64,000 bases of DNA from Laetmonice hystrix (Eukaryota). The stretch covers positions 2,234,001 through 2,298,000 of the forward strand of contig OZ249436.1 in NCBI GenBank assembly GCA_965235115.1, read 5' to 3'. The first letter of the stretch is position 1. Each line of letters begins with the position of its first letter. A program made the position numbers and the translations under genes. Shown piece after piece: positions 1-14,044 of the stretch. The notes under the pieces were generated by a model. The model saw only the letters and a list, made by a program, of their open reading frames with translations. It did not search any database and was not told where the DNA came from.

Positions 1-126
1 ATGGGAGAGCGTAACACCGAATCCAAGACCTTTGATCTACTCGGCAGACAGTAGTGGTTCCGTAGCCAAGGCCCCGTTATCAAAGGATTCTATTAGAGTG
101 ATATGCTGGCATTGTTATCGACTGTG

Positions 127-800
127 CTATAAATAGAGTTGGCAATGAGTGAAACTATATGATCCTAAGCTGGCCCAGTGAGGCGATACCGTTACGTCTT
201 TTCCATTAGCCATCAAAAAGATCAAATCGGAACCTCGAGGGAAGAGAGGGAATAAACATCGATATATGTGTGTGAACCAGAAGACAGAAGTGGGATGGCG
301 AGTGGCAGCATGTGATAGAAGTCTGTGGTGATGTACCAGAGACAAGGGGGTAGTGAGAATGTACTAGATCAAGCCTAGGGTGATGTCCTGGATGGCGTGT
401 GGCAGCATGTGTTAGAAGTCTGTGGTGATGTCACAGAGACAAGGGGGTAGTGAGAATGTACTAGACCAAGCCTAGGGTGACGTCCTGTACACGAGTGTTT
501 CATGATACAGTCGGACACAGAGGACCTACTGATGTAATAAAGGGCTTTGTGACTGTGCTAATGATGCTTCTTCAGCCGGTTGAAGGAGCTTGCCCTGCCT
601 GACACCAAGACTGAGACCGCCGGGGACAAGCAAGTAATGGGAAGTCTGTATTAATTGATGCCGGGCTGTATCAGTGTCAAGGATACGGGCCGGTGTAGGT
701 GAGGAACACACCCGGAGATTGGTAGGCTGGTCACAGTGAGCAGGCTTACATCAGCGAACTCCTGTCCAGATATCGTCGCGTGAAACCTCCTGTAGCAGTA
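127..800 (-). pseudogene. Decayed fragment resembling gag/ORF1 of a DIRS/Ngaro-type tyrosine-recombinase retrotransposon
   Basis: Minus-strand pieces in different frames: RDDIWTG/QEFADVSLL (about 780-738), LGVRQGKLLQP, RHP, HAATRHP..W, WA..LYL. They follow the motif order I recall for DIRS-type gag. Recognised from memory, not by alignment. Confidence 0.4.
294..487. repeat. Tandem duplication, about 97 bp x2
   Basis: GTGGCAGCATGT..AGAAGTCTGTGGTGATGT...CAAGCCTAGGGTGA occurs twice. Confidence 0.9.
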
Positions 801-1929
801 ATATGTTAATGGCCACATAACAGACAGACGGAGTGTTAGAGTCCTGCATTGAGTGGTTGACCCGGGTTTCACCTCCAGTAGGCCGCTGTGACCCTATCTT
901 ACTCACACAGTTGTACGAGGAAAGACTTGTTGCATTGTGAAATATTCGGCAGGTGGTCACTTGTAGTGAAGAGGTCCCACAGGGTCGGACAGTGGTCACT
1001 TTAATATTGGACCCACAGTGGACACCGCCTCCATGGTGGCGCCCCATAGAGGCGTCGTTTGTGTGGATGCTGGATGAAGCGCCGGAGGTGTAATCCCATG
1101 GAGTGATTCATGAGAGGGACGCTGGGAGGATGGAGCAAGGGCGGGAGTGACTGATGGTCACATCTATTGGATCAATGCCCCCAGGGAGAGTCACATCTGA
1201 CAGACTGTAGCCAGGAAATATACATGCCTACTTAACAGGCGCAGCTGGGGCAATGTACATTTCACTGGTGAGAATATCTGGTAACGTTCAGCGGTCGTAG
1301 GCCTAGTTTGAATCTTTCCACTGGGTCGTAGCAGCTTCCATTCATTCCAGTAATAAGACCAATCATAGCACAAGGCCGCCCAGTGAGACCACGGTGGCTA
1401 CGGTCACCAATTACATTTGGGTCATCAGCCGCAGACTGGGCTCTTTGGTAATTGGCTTGGCTTCGTTTTGCGGCGGTCCCAAATGGTACCGCTGATGTAG
1501 GCGACTAACATGGCGATTGCCTGCAGCCGGCCATTGCATCACGGTGGTAGAAAAATGGTCACCGACCGGATTCGTCTAATGGATGTTGTTTTAGACGTGA
1601 GTGGATCATTCCGTATCTGGATACAGTACATACAGCAATAGCTATATCATGGCGCCAGGATGGTACTCGATCCGGGCTAGGTCTCCAGTGTGACGTCATA
1701 TACTGGAGGAGAACGCAGGATGTCAGTGGACGACTCGAGGATCGGTTATAATCACAGCCAGTGGTCCACTACAAACATCAGCCGGACGTAGCTCAACTAG
1801 AATCTCCTCATAGACACACGGAGACGACCGTTTTATTGTGCGAGCCGCCAGTCTCGCTCACAGCTTCAATTCACATAGAACGAGGGCAAGTCTTTGTGGA
1901 GACTAACCTGATTCACACAGTTGTCAACA

Positions 1930-2310
1930 TAATGGCATGAATTCCGCGCGTTCTACACAAGAAGTTTAAACAGAAGGAGACTGCAATCGGAACCGTAGTG
2001 GGTTGTCTTTCATGGAATGTGCACAGAACCCATTGTCTGTGAGCAAACTGGCTGTGGGTTGAATGTGTTCGGGTTATAGGCAGGTGTAGTGTAGGGAGGA
2101 CGAGAGGTAGCCTGCGCTAGTGGATACTGCAGTGTGGGGTAGTAACGTGCACGAGGAGGGGTGCTCGTGGTCATTGTGGGCCAACGGGTCATCACGGGGA
2201 TATTAAGGGACATAGGGTATAGTTACTGAGACAGAGGGGACAGGTACGGAGACACAGGGGACAGTAGCGGGACACAGTGGGGATACCTAGCGGCCGCTGT
2301 ACACACAGGA
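1930..2310 (-). pseudogene. Second decayed DIRS/Ngaro-like gag fragment (C-terminal part with remnant Cys/His knuckle)
   Basis: AAARYPH at about 2298-2278, then a Pro/Thr-rich stretch (ORF 2010-2213), then frameshifted GFCAH/FHE..C..FK..C remnants. Confidence 0.3.
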
Positions 2311-3760
2311 ACAGGAAACGGGCCGTACTCCAATCATATGTTGCCATCAGAACCAACTCCAATCAGAAACCAACTCAGCCGAATTGGCCGTTCAAGTCGT
2401 GTTGTAGGTTCGCCACGTCAGTCGCCATTGCCTAAAGCTCCACAGATTTCCATTTGATGATTTGCACATTAACTGAAAGGTCAGTGAACGCGGAGGAAGT
2501 GGCACCAATTAATTTAGTAAATGTGCGGTCAGTACCAAGGCCAGCCTTCATCAGTAGCCGTTACAAAGGCCAGCCTTCCTTTATCATCTCCACTCATATC
2601 TTCTCTTACAGCGCTGAATGAAATTAGGTGATTATTTTGACGAGGGGAGAGACCTTAATGGGCGACATGCACATCCGAGATTGTAGTGGCCTTTTAACCA
2701 GTGCAGGACCTAGGTAACTTATCATAGCTTGCTGGATATACTAGGTGTGATTATCTAACCCACAGGTGGAGCACTGGGGGGTGCTAGCATCACACCGTTT
2801 TAACACTGTCTCAGCCCTAACCCCCTTCCACCACCACATCCGAGCAGGCCTTTACCCGAAAAAAATGGTATCGACTGTGCTGAAATCTAATTTGTCGTGG
2901 AAATTTGAATCAATCTGTACTGTCTACCACATGGAGAGGGTTTCGACATAAAGAAAACGACAGGCTGCAGCTTGCGGGGAATATATTCATTTGTCGCAGT
3001 TGGATTACTTGGCCCTTTCCACACTCTGCTCAATTGTGTAGCTTACGGCGGGAGCTGTCTGCCTGCAAGGAAATGTGTCCAATTGAACGACGTGTAGAGA
3101 AGTATTGCTCTTTGGAGAATTCGATACTCGACAAAAACCATATGGCACCAGATTCGTACGAGGAATTTCCATTATTGTAGAGACAAAGTGGTAATAACCC
3201 CAAGCACTACAGAGCTCAAGGCATCCTTCTCACAACTTCATATTTATTGCTTGTTCCTAAAGAAACCAGCCTCTCCTGTTAGACCGTCCGCAATATTTCA
3301 ATCATCCTTTGTCTGTTTTCTGGATAGACGAACTTTTACTGCGACGATAGACCAACTGGAGGTAACTGCTCGAGGTCTAAACCCCGACTGAGGGAACCCT
3401 TTCTGTCCTATCAGGCAGGTTTCCTTGCACATTGTCGTGTGTTGATTCAGGGTAATATTGCTTAATGCTGTTGCAGATTTATTGGTTGGGACGCACAAGC
3501 CGCAGGGTCATTGTACCCAACCTTTGAAAAGATCGCCATTGTGTATGTGCACCAATCAGGGCAGAGTACAAAGGCCTGCCGAGGCAAACCGCCCGTAAAG
3601 CATTATCTGGTCCGAGTCAGCGTGGATAGAATCGGTCAACGACTAACTGCTCCTGTAATCTACCGTGTACGTTCGGGAAAGCCCGGTTAGGCAGCAATAG
3701 CATCAGTTTTAGCCGCTCCAATCCTGTGGACGGGTTGATGAATCTGGGGAGTGTACAGAG

Positions 3761-3947
3761 TTACCCTACCCCTGAGATTGGTGGATCTGGGGGCATAGAG
3801 AAGGGTTACCCTACCCCTGAGATTGGTGGATCTGGGGGCATAGAGAAGGGTTACCCTACCCCTGAGATTGGTGGATCTGGGGGCATAGAGAAGGGTTACC
3901 CTACCCCTGAGATTGGTGGATCTGGGGGCAGAGAGTTACCCTACCCT
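3761..3947. repeat. Minisatellite, 45 bp x about 4
   Basis: TTACCCTACCCCTGAGATTGGTGGATCTGGGGGCATAGAGAAGGG. Confidence 0.95.
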
Positions 3948-4385
3948 CCGGTCATGTTTCATCAAGTATTGATCCCAGCCTGGAGGACGCTGCTCCAGTA
4001 CACAACCCACCGTGGATGAAGAGACGTGTCAGGTCCACTAGACACGCTGTGTGGTTATTAATGGGGGCCTCATTAATGTCAACAACTCTAGTAATATTCT
4101 ACACGCGTTCTCCAGTTCTCTCCACTGGCAAGTTTCGGATTCATCCACGTATAGAGGAGACAAATACTAACTAGCTATTCCACATTGGTGACTATTGACA
4201 CTTCATATACATGGACGCATTCAGATGATCACAGGCGAGTGAATAAAACATTACTTATCAACATCTAATATTACCCTAGGATGACGATATGCATTGTGCA
4301 GTATTCTAACAAATCTCTGGATCATGCAACCAAAAGTGTCGGTGGCATACAACACAACGAAAATCACTTGACGGTCCTGTTGGCG

Positions 4386-4741
4386 ACTACTTGAGCCTGG
4401 CTTGAAGGGATCACGGAGGCCAAGCGATGAGTTTTGACTACTTGAGCCTGGCTTGAAGCGATCACGGAGGCCAAGCGATGAGTTTTGACTACTTGAGCCT
4501 GGCTTGAAGCGATCACGGAGGCCAAGCGATGAGTTTTGACTACTTGAGCCTGGCTTGAAGCGATCACGGAGGCCAAGCGATGAGTTTTGACTACTTGAGC
4601 CTGGCTTGAAGGGATCACGGAGGCCAAGCGATGAGTTTTGACTACTTGAGCCTGGCTTGAAGCGATTACGGAGGCCAAGCGATGAGTTTTGACTACTTGA
4701 GCCTGGCTTGAAGCGATTACGGAGGCCAAGCGATGAGTTTT
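4386..4741. repeat. Minisatellite, 51 bp x7
   Basis: GACTACTTGAGCCTGGCTTGAAGCGATCACGGAGGCCAAGCGATGAGTTTT. Confidence 0.95.
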
Positions 4742-5378
4742 CATCAGGTCTAAAGCCAGCCGGAGGGGATGAAGGAATCTGCTTCCAGTAGATACAAAAA
4801 CACGCTCCGTTCTGTTGTCCTTGTGTAAAGTAGTCTGCTTCAGGTCTCGCAATGCAAACAACGTATATTGCCTTCTGTTTGCACTCCTTGTTTTCTGCCA
4901 CCAGAGGGCTCTGAACATTGAGCCTTGATGGACTGACACGAGATGGTTGTCTGTGCTCACCGCGTTATTTAAACGTGGAAGTTGTTTTCCCCCTGGATAT
5001 TATTACTTGGCTGGCGCCTGGGTTTGAACACACAGAGAAAGAGAAAAAAAACGTTGTCATTGCTATGAGACAGTGAGCGAAACAAAGCGAAGATCTGATT
5101 GACCTCGCTCCACCGACCTGGGAAGTAATTAGTTTCTTGTGGACTTAAAGACGGGACACCAGGTTGGTTTCGTCACCTGGCCGGGGAGGACCAACTGATG
5201 CCGTGGATGGGTAGCGATCAGAGCAGGACCACAGACTGGAGATTTGTATTAATAATAACTTCAAGAGGCTAGGCCACTCCACAAACCATGGACCACCTCA
5301 TTGGTTGGTACGGAGCCATACCGCCTAACTGTTAACCCTGTGAGAACCCAGTCCAGTCTACAGTGGACAGCACGTGTT

Positions 5379-5666
5379 TACAACGTCTAGCCTGACTGGT
5401 TTCTAACACCTACAACGTCTAGCCTGGCTGGTTTCTAACACCTACAACTTCTAGCCTGACTGGTTTCTAACACCTACAACGTCTAGCCTAGCTGGTTTCT
5501 AACACCTACAGCTTCTAGCCTGACTGGTTTCTAACACCTACAGCTTCTAGCCTGGCTGGTTTCTAACACCCACAACGTCTAGCCTGGCTGGTTTCTAACA
5601 CCTACAACGTCTAGCCTGGCTGGTTTCTAACACCTACAGCGTCTAGCCTGGCTGGTTTCTAACACC
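5379..5666. repeat. Minisatellite, 32 bp x9
   Basis: TACAACGTCTAGCCTGGCTGGTTTCTAACACC. Confidence 0.95.
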
Positions 5667-6756
5667 TTCTCGGATCAATGGTGAGTGAATGATTTCATGT
5701 AAGCAAACGGTGGGCACCAATGAATGGGGAGCAGATATCGAGGGGTGACGTTAACCACCCTAGTGGTCACTACGTCTAACATCCACCCAGTGACGATGAA
5801 TAGACTCTGGTCTCATTAGTCGGCCCTGCAGGTGCCGCCGGCCCCCAATCTACTGGCGGGCTGTACCACCTACAGCAGGTCGGTAATAGGAACACATCTC
5901 AACCAGAGCGGCTGCAGCAGGAGGGGGCCAGGTCTGCAGCAATCCCTGCAGGACAATCAGAGTGAAGTCAGCAGCGCCCACCCACCCACCGACACCCTGA
6001 TGTATATATACGTATGACGGATGGTGAGATCAATATCCAGTCTGGCACGTCTGCTTGCCGGGAATCAATGCCTTGTATCAGTGGGGATCAATAGTAAGAA
6101 GGTCTCTGTGAGGTGTCTATTAACACTTCCACTTCCACTTCCACTTTCACCTTCAACTTGGAGAAACTAGCCACTCCGAACAATACGGTGACGACCTTAA
6201 GGATCGCTATGTTTACAAAATAAACCTGTGAACAGTCAAACATCAACTTGGAATCAAATACAGGAAGCAGTTAATTGATCAACATTGTTGTGTGCACTGG
6301 CAAACCCGTGATTGAAGCCTATATAAACTGTCATATGGTCCACTACGGCACGCCTCTATTCACAGTTAGCGGCTTGACAAAGGTTTCTTTATCAGTACTG
6401 GGATTGTGACGTGGGAACGCCATTGTCATGGTAACGAGTCGCCACCGCTAGGTGCGCTGCTGTAGGCGGGATTCGAGAAGGCCAAGGACAGAGGGGGCGT
6501 AACCCCCGGGCAGTAAGAAAGTGAGAAACCGCTGCTGACACTGAGAACATGCATATTTAACGAGTTGGTGTGATATACGAGCAGGACAGAACCAACTATT
6601 GTTGGTGAAAACGACAGCCGAAAGGTACTGACATCAGGAGTAACTGTGCTCAGGGAGAGGACTCCGCCAGGTTCGGCAACTGTAGCTGTGACGGATGGTT
6701 CCTGATCACTCGACACGGCCACAGCTCTATCCATCGCTACAACCGTCTCTGTAACC

Positions 6757-7029
6757 ACAGGCCGGGGACCAGCAGGCCATAAGTACAGGCCGTGGACCAG
6801 CAGGCCATAAGTACAGGCCGTGGACCAGCAGGCCATAAGTACAGGCCGGGGACCAGCAGGCTATAAGTACAGGCCGTGGACCAGCAGGCCATAAGTACAG
6901 GCCGTGGACCAACAGGCCATAAGTACAGGCCGTGACCAGCAGGCCACAAGTACAGGCCGTGACCAGCAGGCCATAAGTACAGGCCGTGGACCAGCAGGCC
7001 ATAAGTACAGGCCGGGGACCAGCAGGCCA
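6757..7029. repeat. Minisatellite, 28 bp x about 10
   Basis: ACAGGCCGTGGACCAGCAGGCCATAAGT. Confidence 0.95.
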
Positions 7030-7748
7030 CTCCCGACTGTTGGCAAATCACTATACACGCCCTGACTTGATTGCAGCTTTCAAAGATATGATGACAGTAC
7101 CGACCGAAGTTGTTTGAATTGATGGACCCAACGTTACATTTTCATGGATTTAATGCTTACCTCAACAAGACATTGCCTATTTGAGATAACAGCTGGAGTT
7201 TTTATTGCTGACAGTAAGTTTAACATACAGTGTCAGTATCACCTCGCAGGTCTCAGTAACGCTGCCACTGGAGACACCATCAGGCTGTGTGCCATGCGAG
7301 GAGCACTCATTATCATTACAACAATTGCTCCTTACAGCACCGGAACTCTGATTGGCATTTTGCATTGATCACTCGGTGGTGTTAATTGATTAACAAAAGG
7401 GGTCCGTACTGTGTGATATCAATAGGACTCTACAATAATAGGTGATTGTATGGTTTCCTGTAATATGGGCTGACAACTCGACACGGAGTCGTCATTACGA
7501 GATAGATCTGACAAACTGCGGCCGTAAACCCTGGGACTGGCCGAGAAACAATTCCGCGTGTGATGTCCTTGTTATAAGTGACAAGTGTTGTTGAGCACGT
7601 CAGACAGCGAGCCATTCCGGGCAGGCTGAGTCGGTGTAAACCGCAGCCACTGTACGACATCTTCATCACCTTGGCTGACATTCACTGGGGACAGTGATTA
7701 AAATATGTGAATCGGGTCCGCTCCCTCAACACTGCCACCGTCCCCACG

Positions 7749-7857
7749 CTGACCACCGGGTCCACACTGACCACCGGGTCCACACTGACCACCGGGTCCA
7801 CACTGACCACCGGGTCCGCACTGACCACCGGGTCCACACTGACCACCGGGTCCACGC
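7749..7857. repeat. Minisatellite, 18 bp x6
   Basis: CTGACCACCGGGTCCACA. Confidence 0.95.
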
Positions 7858-9497
7858 TAACAATCGGGTTCTCCCCCAACAACGTACCCCGCCTATCTTC
7901 TGATATAGAAAGGACAGCTCCATGAGCCAGCAGCATTCCTAGGTGTATGTACTAGCCGAGCAATTATCGCATTAACCACCTGTTCTCATTAGACATCAAT
8001 CATGTAATCTTCTTGTGAAGAGATGAAGTAGAATTTGCATACATGAAAGCTTGATTGTAACTCGTTACATCCTTGTCTGAGGAACGGAACTTTGCCATTT
8101 ACACCACCACCGCAACCTATACATCTTCTCATAACGGCAGGTTCCTGGGAAACTACAGAAAACCAATCAATTTACAAAAACGTTAGAGATCCTTTGATAT
8201 TTGTGCGGCGGTATACCAGCCAATAGTAACGTTCAACCGTGCGTCAGCTGGTCTTTTATTCACCATACTGCTTTCGAAAAGGACACGTTTTATTGGAAGT
8301 TAGCCGGTACAAAACAGTAACTACTACGTAAGGACTGGAAGGCAAAGCGGCGGAGATTCTTACAGGAACCTATTTTGTCAAGATCATTGACGACAAAAAC
8401 ACGTGTTTGGGGCTGTTTTAAAGGTTACCTAGCAGCGGTTGTCTGGGAGATACAGCAGTGTGAGCGGAGAACCCATTCCCCAGGCCTCGATCAAACCCAG
8501 TCTGAATACCGACATAGTCAACGACCATCGGGGGTCGGTTTAATTGGCAAACCTCCTCCGGGCTCCCTCGTTCCCGGAAGTACATTTACTACAGACCTGT
8601 CAATTAGCCAGTCCGAGGCCCACGTAACGGCAATGGATGGCAGTGGTACAAGATGAGTTTGTGCACCGCTACCTGAATATTGCCACGTGTCTTTGAATAC
8701 GGTTCAAAACGCAGAAACCGATGTCCTTTAGCATATTTATGGGCGAGTCATTCTTAAAACAAGGACCCTGAATCAGAAAGTAGACCTTACCTGATCATAA
8801 AAAAGGAGAATAAGTTTGCTGAAACTTGTGCAGCACTACATGTAAAGACGGTTGCTTGGTGAGAACATCATGTCATGTTGACCACCTCATTATATTGATA
8901 AGGATATTGATTTTTTCCTAGGATATCAAATTTGCTCAGCGGTAATCATTATGACAAATTGGACCTACTCGATGTTGCTGAAGTTCACCATCGTTGTTCT
9001 CGTTCTGGAAAAAAAACCCACCTCAGATGACGAGATATGCTTGTGCATTAATGTCTCAGGACTATCTGTACAACGGTTGAGGTGGACGCGGAATCGAGGG
9101 ATGCCATTACATTGACGGGACAAGAACACGTACTGCTGCAGTATCACAGCTGGTGGTTGGTGTGCTGCAGTATCACAGCTGGGGGTTAGTGTGCTGAGGG
9201 TGATTTGGAGATATTAACATTAGAAAGTGTGAAGAATCGCCAGAATCTGGGTCAGTCTGTGTCAGGGATATTATAATCTGACCATAATACTATTATCAGT
9301 GACAGGCCAGGAAATTATCAATTGTTGGAACCGTTTACCGACACGGAACTACTCCACCACCGCCAGCACCAGTTAATGAACAAATTGGACAGACTTGAGT
9401 GCGAACCGACATTAGGCTGGGCTCGTGAAAACCATCAGATTGAGGCAATCTAAAGAGGGAACCGATGGTAGAATGACAACACTGACGTAGGAGGTGT

Positions 9498-9750
9498 TAA
9501 TGTGACGTCACAACGAACCGACGGACATTGTTACGGTACAATCTGTAATGTGACGTCACAACGAACCGACGGACATTGTTACGGTACAATCTGTAATGTG
9601 ACGTCACAACGAACCGACGGACATTGTTACGGTACAATCTGTAATGTGACGTCACAAACGGACATTGTTACGGTACAATCTGTACTGTGACGTCACAACG
9701 AACCGACGGACATTGTTACGGTACAGTCTTTAATTGTGACGTTCACAACG
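9498..9750. repeat. Minisatellite, 48 bp x5, each with palindrome TGTGACGTCACA
   Basis: TAATGTGACGTCACAACGAACCGACGGACATTGTTACGGTACAATCTG. Confidence 0.95.
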
Positions 9751-12290
9751 AGGTCATAGACGTTCAGAGGTCAAACCAGAAACAACCCGCGATAGAGAAC
9801 CATTTAGATAGCATAGGGTAGCGTTCTATAACGTCCTCAGACTTTGTTAGTGCTGTGTGTCAGAGTGCTGGCATACTGACTGGATACGAATTCATGAATC
9901 GGTGTGCGCTGCGAGCTGTGGATGGATAGGGAGATTCAAGGAGTACGAGTGAAAACTGGAGGCTGCCAGTGTGTCTAGATGACTCGCTTCTGTATGGACC
10001 ATCACATTACTGCCGCATGAAAATACCACATCACGTGCAATAAAACATAAGAATTGATCCATGGTGCTGCCGACTCCTATTAGCATTTGTGTGAAGGCAT
10101 CGGCAATCGGCGACAACTGAAGCGACCCGAGCCGTCAGGCACCAGGGTTAAGTGGATCTTATCAAAGAAAATACTTTCTTTCTGTAACGGTCTTTGTGAT
10201 TTGCCGCGCATCACCATCAGCTCCCATTGTAGACAGCGGTCAGGAAACGTGCACCATATGGCCAGAGTCCGGGCCAAGGATTAAGGCCACCGTGTTGACA
10301 GGAGAGAAGGAGAAAGCGGAATTTAATTGAGACGCTATAGAATCTCCATTGAGGAAGCTAAATCCGGTAACGGACCAAAGGGTTTAGAGAGTCGCTTTAA
10401 GAGATTACCACGCGGATTCTGGGACGTGCCATTCACGGCTGTTGTTTAAACAAGGCTTGGCGAGCTGTGAGTGTTGGGTGGCAATATATAGAGAGAGTAA
10501 AGTCTTGACCACTGTGGGATTGAACAGAAGAATTCTGTCGCATCTGAGACATCTGGATAACATTGCTGGCTGTGGAGGTTGGTGGTGTGTTTGTACAGAC
10601 TGAGTAAGTACTACCCCGCTGGCCACTCTGGATGTATGCGCATCGTTGTGATTCATATTGGAGAATAATTTAAACGTTGGCTAACATTTCTGTGGCTTGG
10701 CATGCTGTGGTTAGGTTGGCTGTCAGGGACATTGCCATTGCCAATCAGTCTATAGAGATCAGTGTCATCCTCAGCCTTGTTGTAGGAGCGAACTAAGCAC
10801 AGCTGCTGATGGACGAGCCAGATTGTCATTACAAAAATTACCTTGAAGGATTATAGACCCACTGGGCCATCGTAGGATTTCAGGACACTGATTGGTCTTA
10901 GTGAAGAGGATTGATAATAATGGTTTAAAGTGTCGCTGGCAGTTAGACTGCTACATGGAAACAACGTGCTGTGATTGGTTCATCTCGTGATTGTGATTGT
11001 TTGCAAGGATTTCTTATTGTCCTGAGAACATCCCTTTAACAGTACCAGGTGACGGACACGCATATGTGTCCGTCGAAAGGTTTTATGAAAACATTCAAAT
11101 ATAACAGGCCAATATTATTGTAGACATCCATAAATATCCGAGTGACATTGCAGGTAGTTGGTGGCCAGCTGTGGCCGGTCTAGATGTGTTTGTAGACGAG
11201 TGGAAGCAGTGGTTGGATAGACTTTGAACAGGAGCACATGTCGCAGTGACAAGGAGCTGGGTGTTGGAGAGACGAGCGCATGTATATTGCAGTCACATAG
11301 CGAGTGGGACCGGTTCTCTGGCTGCTGTCAGCATTACCCCCCACCACCACCACCACCTCCACCACCACCCCCCGACCTACGTGTACTACACGGTAAGGAG
11401 GCGGACCGCCAGGGCCCGGAGTGCCGGCAGTGCCAGCAGAGCAGCGGCAGTCGTTGGTTGTAGGAGGAACCGCTCCGCTGCCGCCATCGACAGGAGGAGC
11501 TGAGGACGGCAGGCATACCATCTCCTCGTGTAGGCCATGACAGCACACGGAGGAGGCGGCGCGTCCTCCAGGCGACAGCCGACCATGTGGTCCGGTGTGA
11601 CGGAGTGGGTGGCCCTGTAATCAGGCCGGCCTCGTACATCCACAGATCATCGCTCGCGGTGGTAACGCACTCTATGGATATACTTTTCACCAGTGAGAAT
11701 ACTGATGCCCTGCAGTTAACATCTTCTAGTTGATGGATACAAGTCTTCTTGAAACGTACATTTCAGTGATTGCAACACAGACCTGACGGTATCATGAAAG
11801 GTGCTTCAAAACGTGTCCCGCCCGTGTGATCAGTGAACGACCGACGGACAGTAGTTGTGTGCTAGAGGTGGCCGAGCTGCCATGTATTATTTTATCAACT
11901 TGCATGGATACGAGCGTGTGACATAGAGATTAAAATTGGACGCCAGTGGGAGGCTGCTGCCTTGTCAGCATCATTGTCCGGGAGTACACAATACATGATG
12001 AGGATACAGGTGACGCGAGGGTGTTGTTAACGGTTGGATGGGAGGTAACCCGGCGCTATATCCACTCTCGGTACGGGTCGGTTCGACTGGTCGTGGTTGT
12101 CTATACTCACTGGGTTGTGTAGTGGTCCCACAGTCCTACCTCCAATCAACACTACCACAAAACGGCTGTTACCGTCGGCAAGCGGCTGGCTGGACACCTA
12201 GCGGTGGACACAGTGGACACATCTTCACCCGGACGGACGGTCGACATGTGTGGGATGGTGCAGGTATTGGATATCAGTGAGCGAACACGC

Positions 12291-12530
12291 CAAGCTCTTT
12301 CTGTGTAAGAACAGCATCTGTGGCTGATCGGGAATCTCAAGCTCTTTCTGTGTAAGAATCAGCATCTGTGGCTGATCGTGAATCTCAAGGTCTTTCTGTG
12401 TAAGAACAGCATCTGTGGTTGATCGGGAATCCCAAGCTCTTTCTGTGTAAGAACAGCATCTGTGGCTGATCGGGAATCTCAAGCTCTTTCTGTGTAAGAA
12501 CAACATCTGTGGCTGATCGGCAATCTCAAG
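12291..12530. repeat. Minisatellite, about 47 bp x5
   Basis: CAAGCTCTTTCTGTGTAAGAACAGCATCTGTGGCTGATCGGGAATCT. Confidence 0.95.
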
Positions 12531-14044
12531 GTACGGAAGCAAACACTGGCTGGACATACACCGATCTTGTGATGAGCTGGTAATACTTGTCTGAGATTAC
12601 ACTCAATACGATATAAGTCGGACGTCTGTGGAGTTAATCCGATGTGATCACTGGTTGTGAAGACAATACAACCACTAACATACTCATCCTGCAAGGAAGA
12701 GTATCAATCAGTTTGTTCATAGATCACCAGCCTCAGCCAACACAGCGCATTTCACAGCCTCTAGTGTTTAACTTAGGAGCTACCGAGAACTTTGAAGATA
12801 AGTCGCTAACTCTTTATCTATGGCGATGAGTAGTTTCTGACTACAGACTGTAGATTTGGGGTCAGACTGTAGATTTTGGGTCAGAAAGTGGTGGATTAAG
12901 TTCATTGATGGTGGTCTCGTTGATGAAGTAATCGGATTGCCATCGGCATATTGATGAGGAGATGTTGTTAGGAAGCAGCGGTCTGACTGCCAAGCCGATC
13001 GCCAAGCTACTTTATGTAGATGACCACTGCTAGCCTGTCGGGTGGAGTAGTCTCTACAGCCAACTGGGACACTTGGTGTAAGCTTATTACGACCGACCAA
13101 CCGACAACAGCTTGATAATTCCTTGGAAATGGGCCAATTAAAGGAACAATAATACAGCCAGCGCCTCTGTAATTACATCAAATCCTCCAGTGGAAGGAGA
13201 AAGGAAACATCCGCTGGGTACACAGTGTGAATGGATAAGAACAGACATATGAAAACTGCCCATCCTTATTGGGCCATGGGGATTCGTTGATCTGTGGAGG
13301 CTTGGTGGAATCCAGTGAAGGTTTCTAGCCTCTGATAACCATTGACGTTAGGTTGATCTGATGTCATGTCAACTGAATGATCAAACCGACAGGAAATCAG
13401 CCAGAAAATGGGCGTCTGTCTTCTCCGACGCTAACTCTACGGCAGCGTCGACTTCTGAGTCACCTTTAAATTCACATGAAGTGTCAAGGTCACGTGAGAA
13501 AGTGCACATGAGAGTAAGGCCACAGTAAAACGGTCTCTTTATCTAAGGACATTTGGGAAGGCCGGGAGATAATCAATTGTGCCCACACCCACAGGGAGTT
13601 CTGTGCTAAGGACACTTTGAAGAGGGTATTGGTTTTTGCATAGGCAGTGAAATGATAAAAGCCTCGGCTAGAAAAAGGATGTCTCTGTAAAGGCGTCGAG
13701 ATGAACAAGAATTGGTGCTTTTACTTATTTAAACGGAAACGCGTCGTCAGCGGTGGGCGACACCCTGAATTCTTGACGTTGCTATGTTGTATTATGTAAA
13801 AGCGCCACGTATTGGCAATGTGTGATGATGCATTGTACAGGGTCGATTTTTTATGATGCGATTTCGTATTCTGTTGGCAGTCAGTATTGATTAACCTGAA
13901 TGGATCTAGGTGTGGGAACTAGACAGTGAAAGAGACTCAGTGGGATACTCGTGGCCTGATGTTAGGGTCACGATGGGATACTAGTGTGTCAGGGTCTCAC
14001 ATTGGACGGCGGAGTACGCGTAATTAATGTTGGGTCTACTAACC

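Noticed and set aside
6426..6836. Minus-strand 136-aa ORF ending near an NPAY motif
   Set aside because: It starts within a minisatellite and has no splice support. A 4-residue motif is expected by chance.
11180..11690. GC-rich segment with (CCA)n and overlapping ORFs on both strands
   Set aside because: All + frames are interrupted by stops and no domain or clear exon boundary is visible. It could be UTR or regulatory, but I cannot support that.
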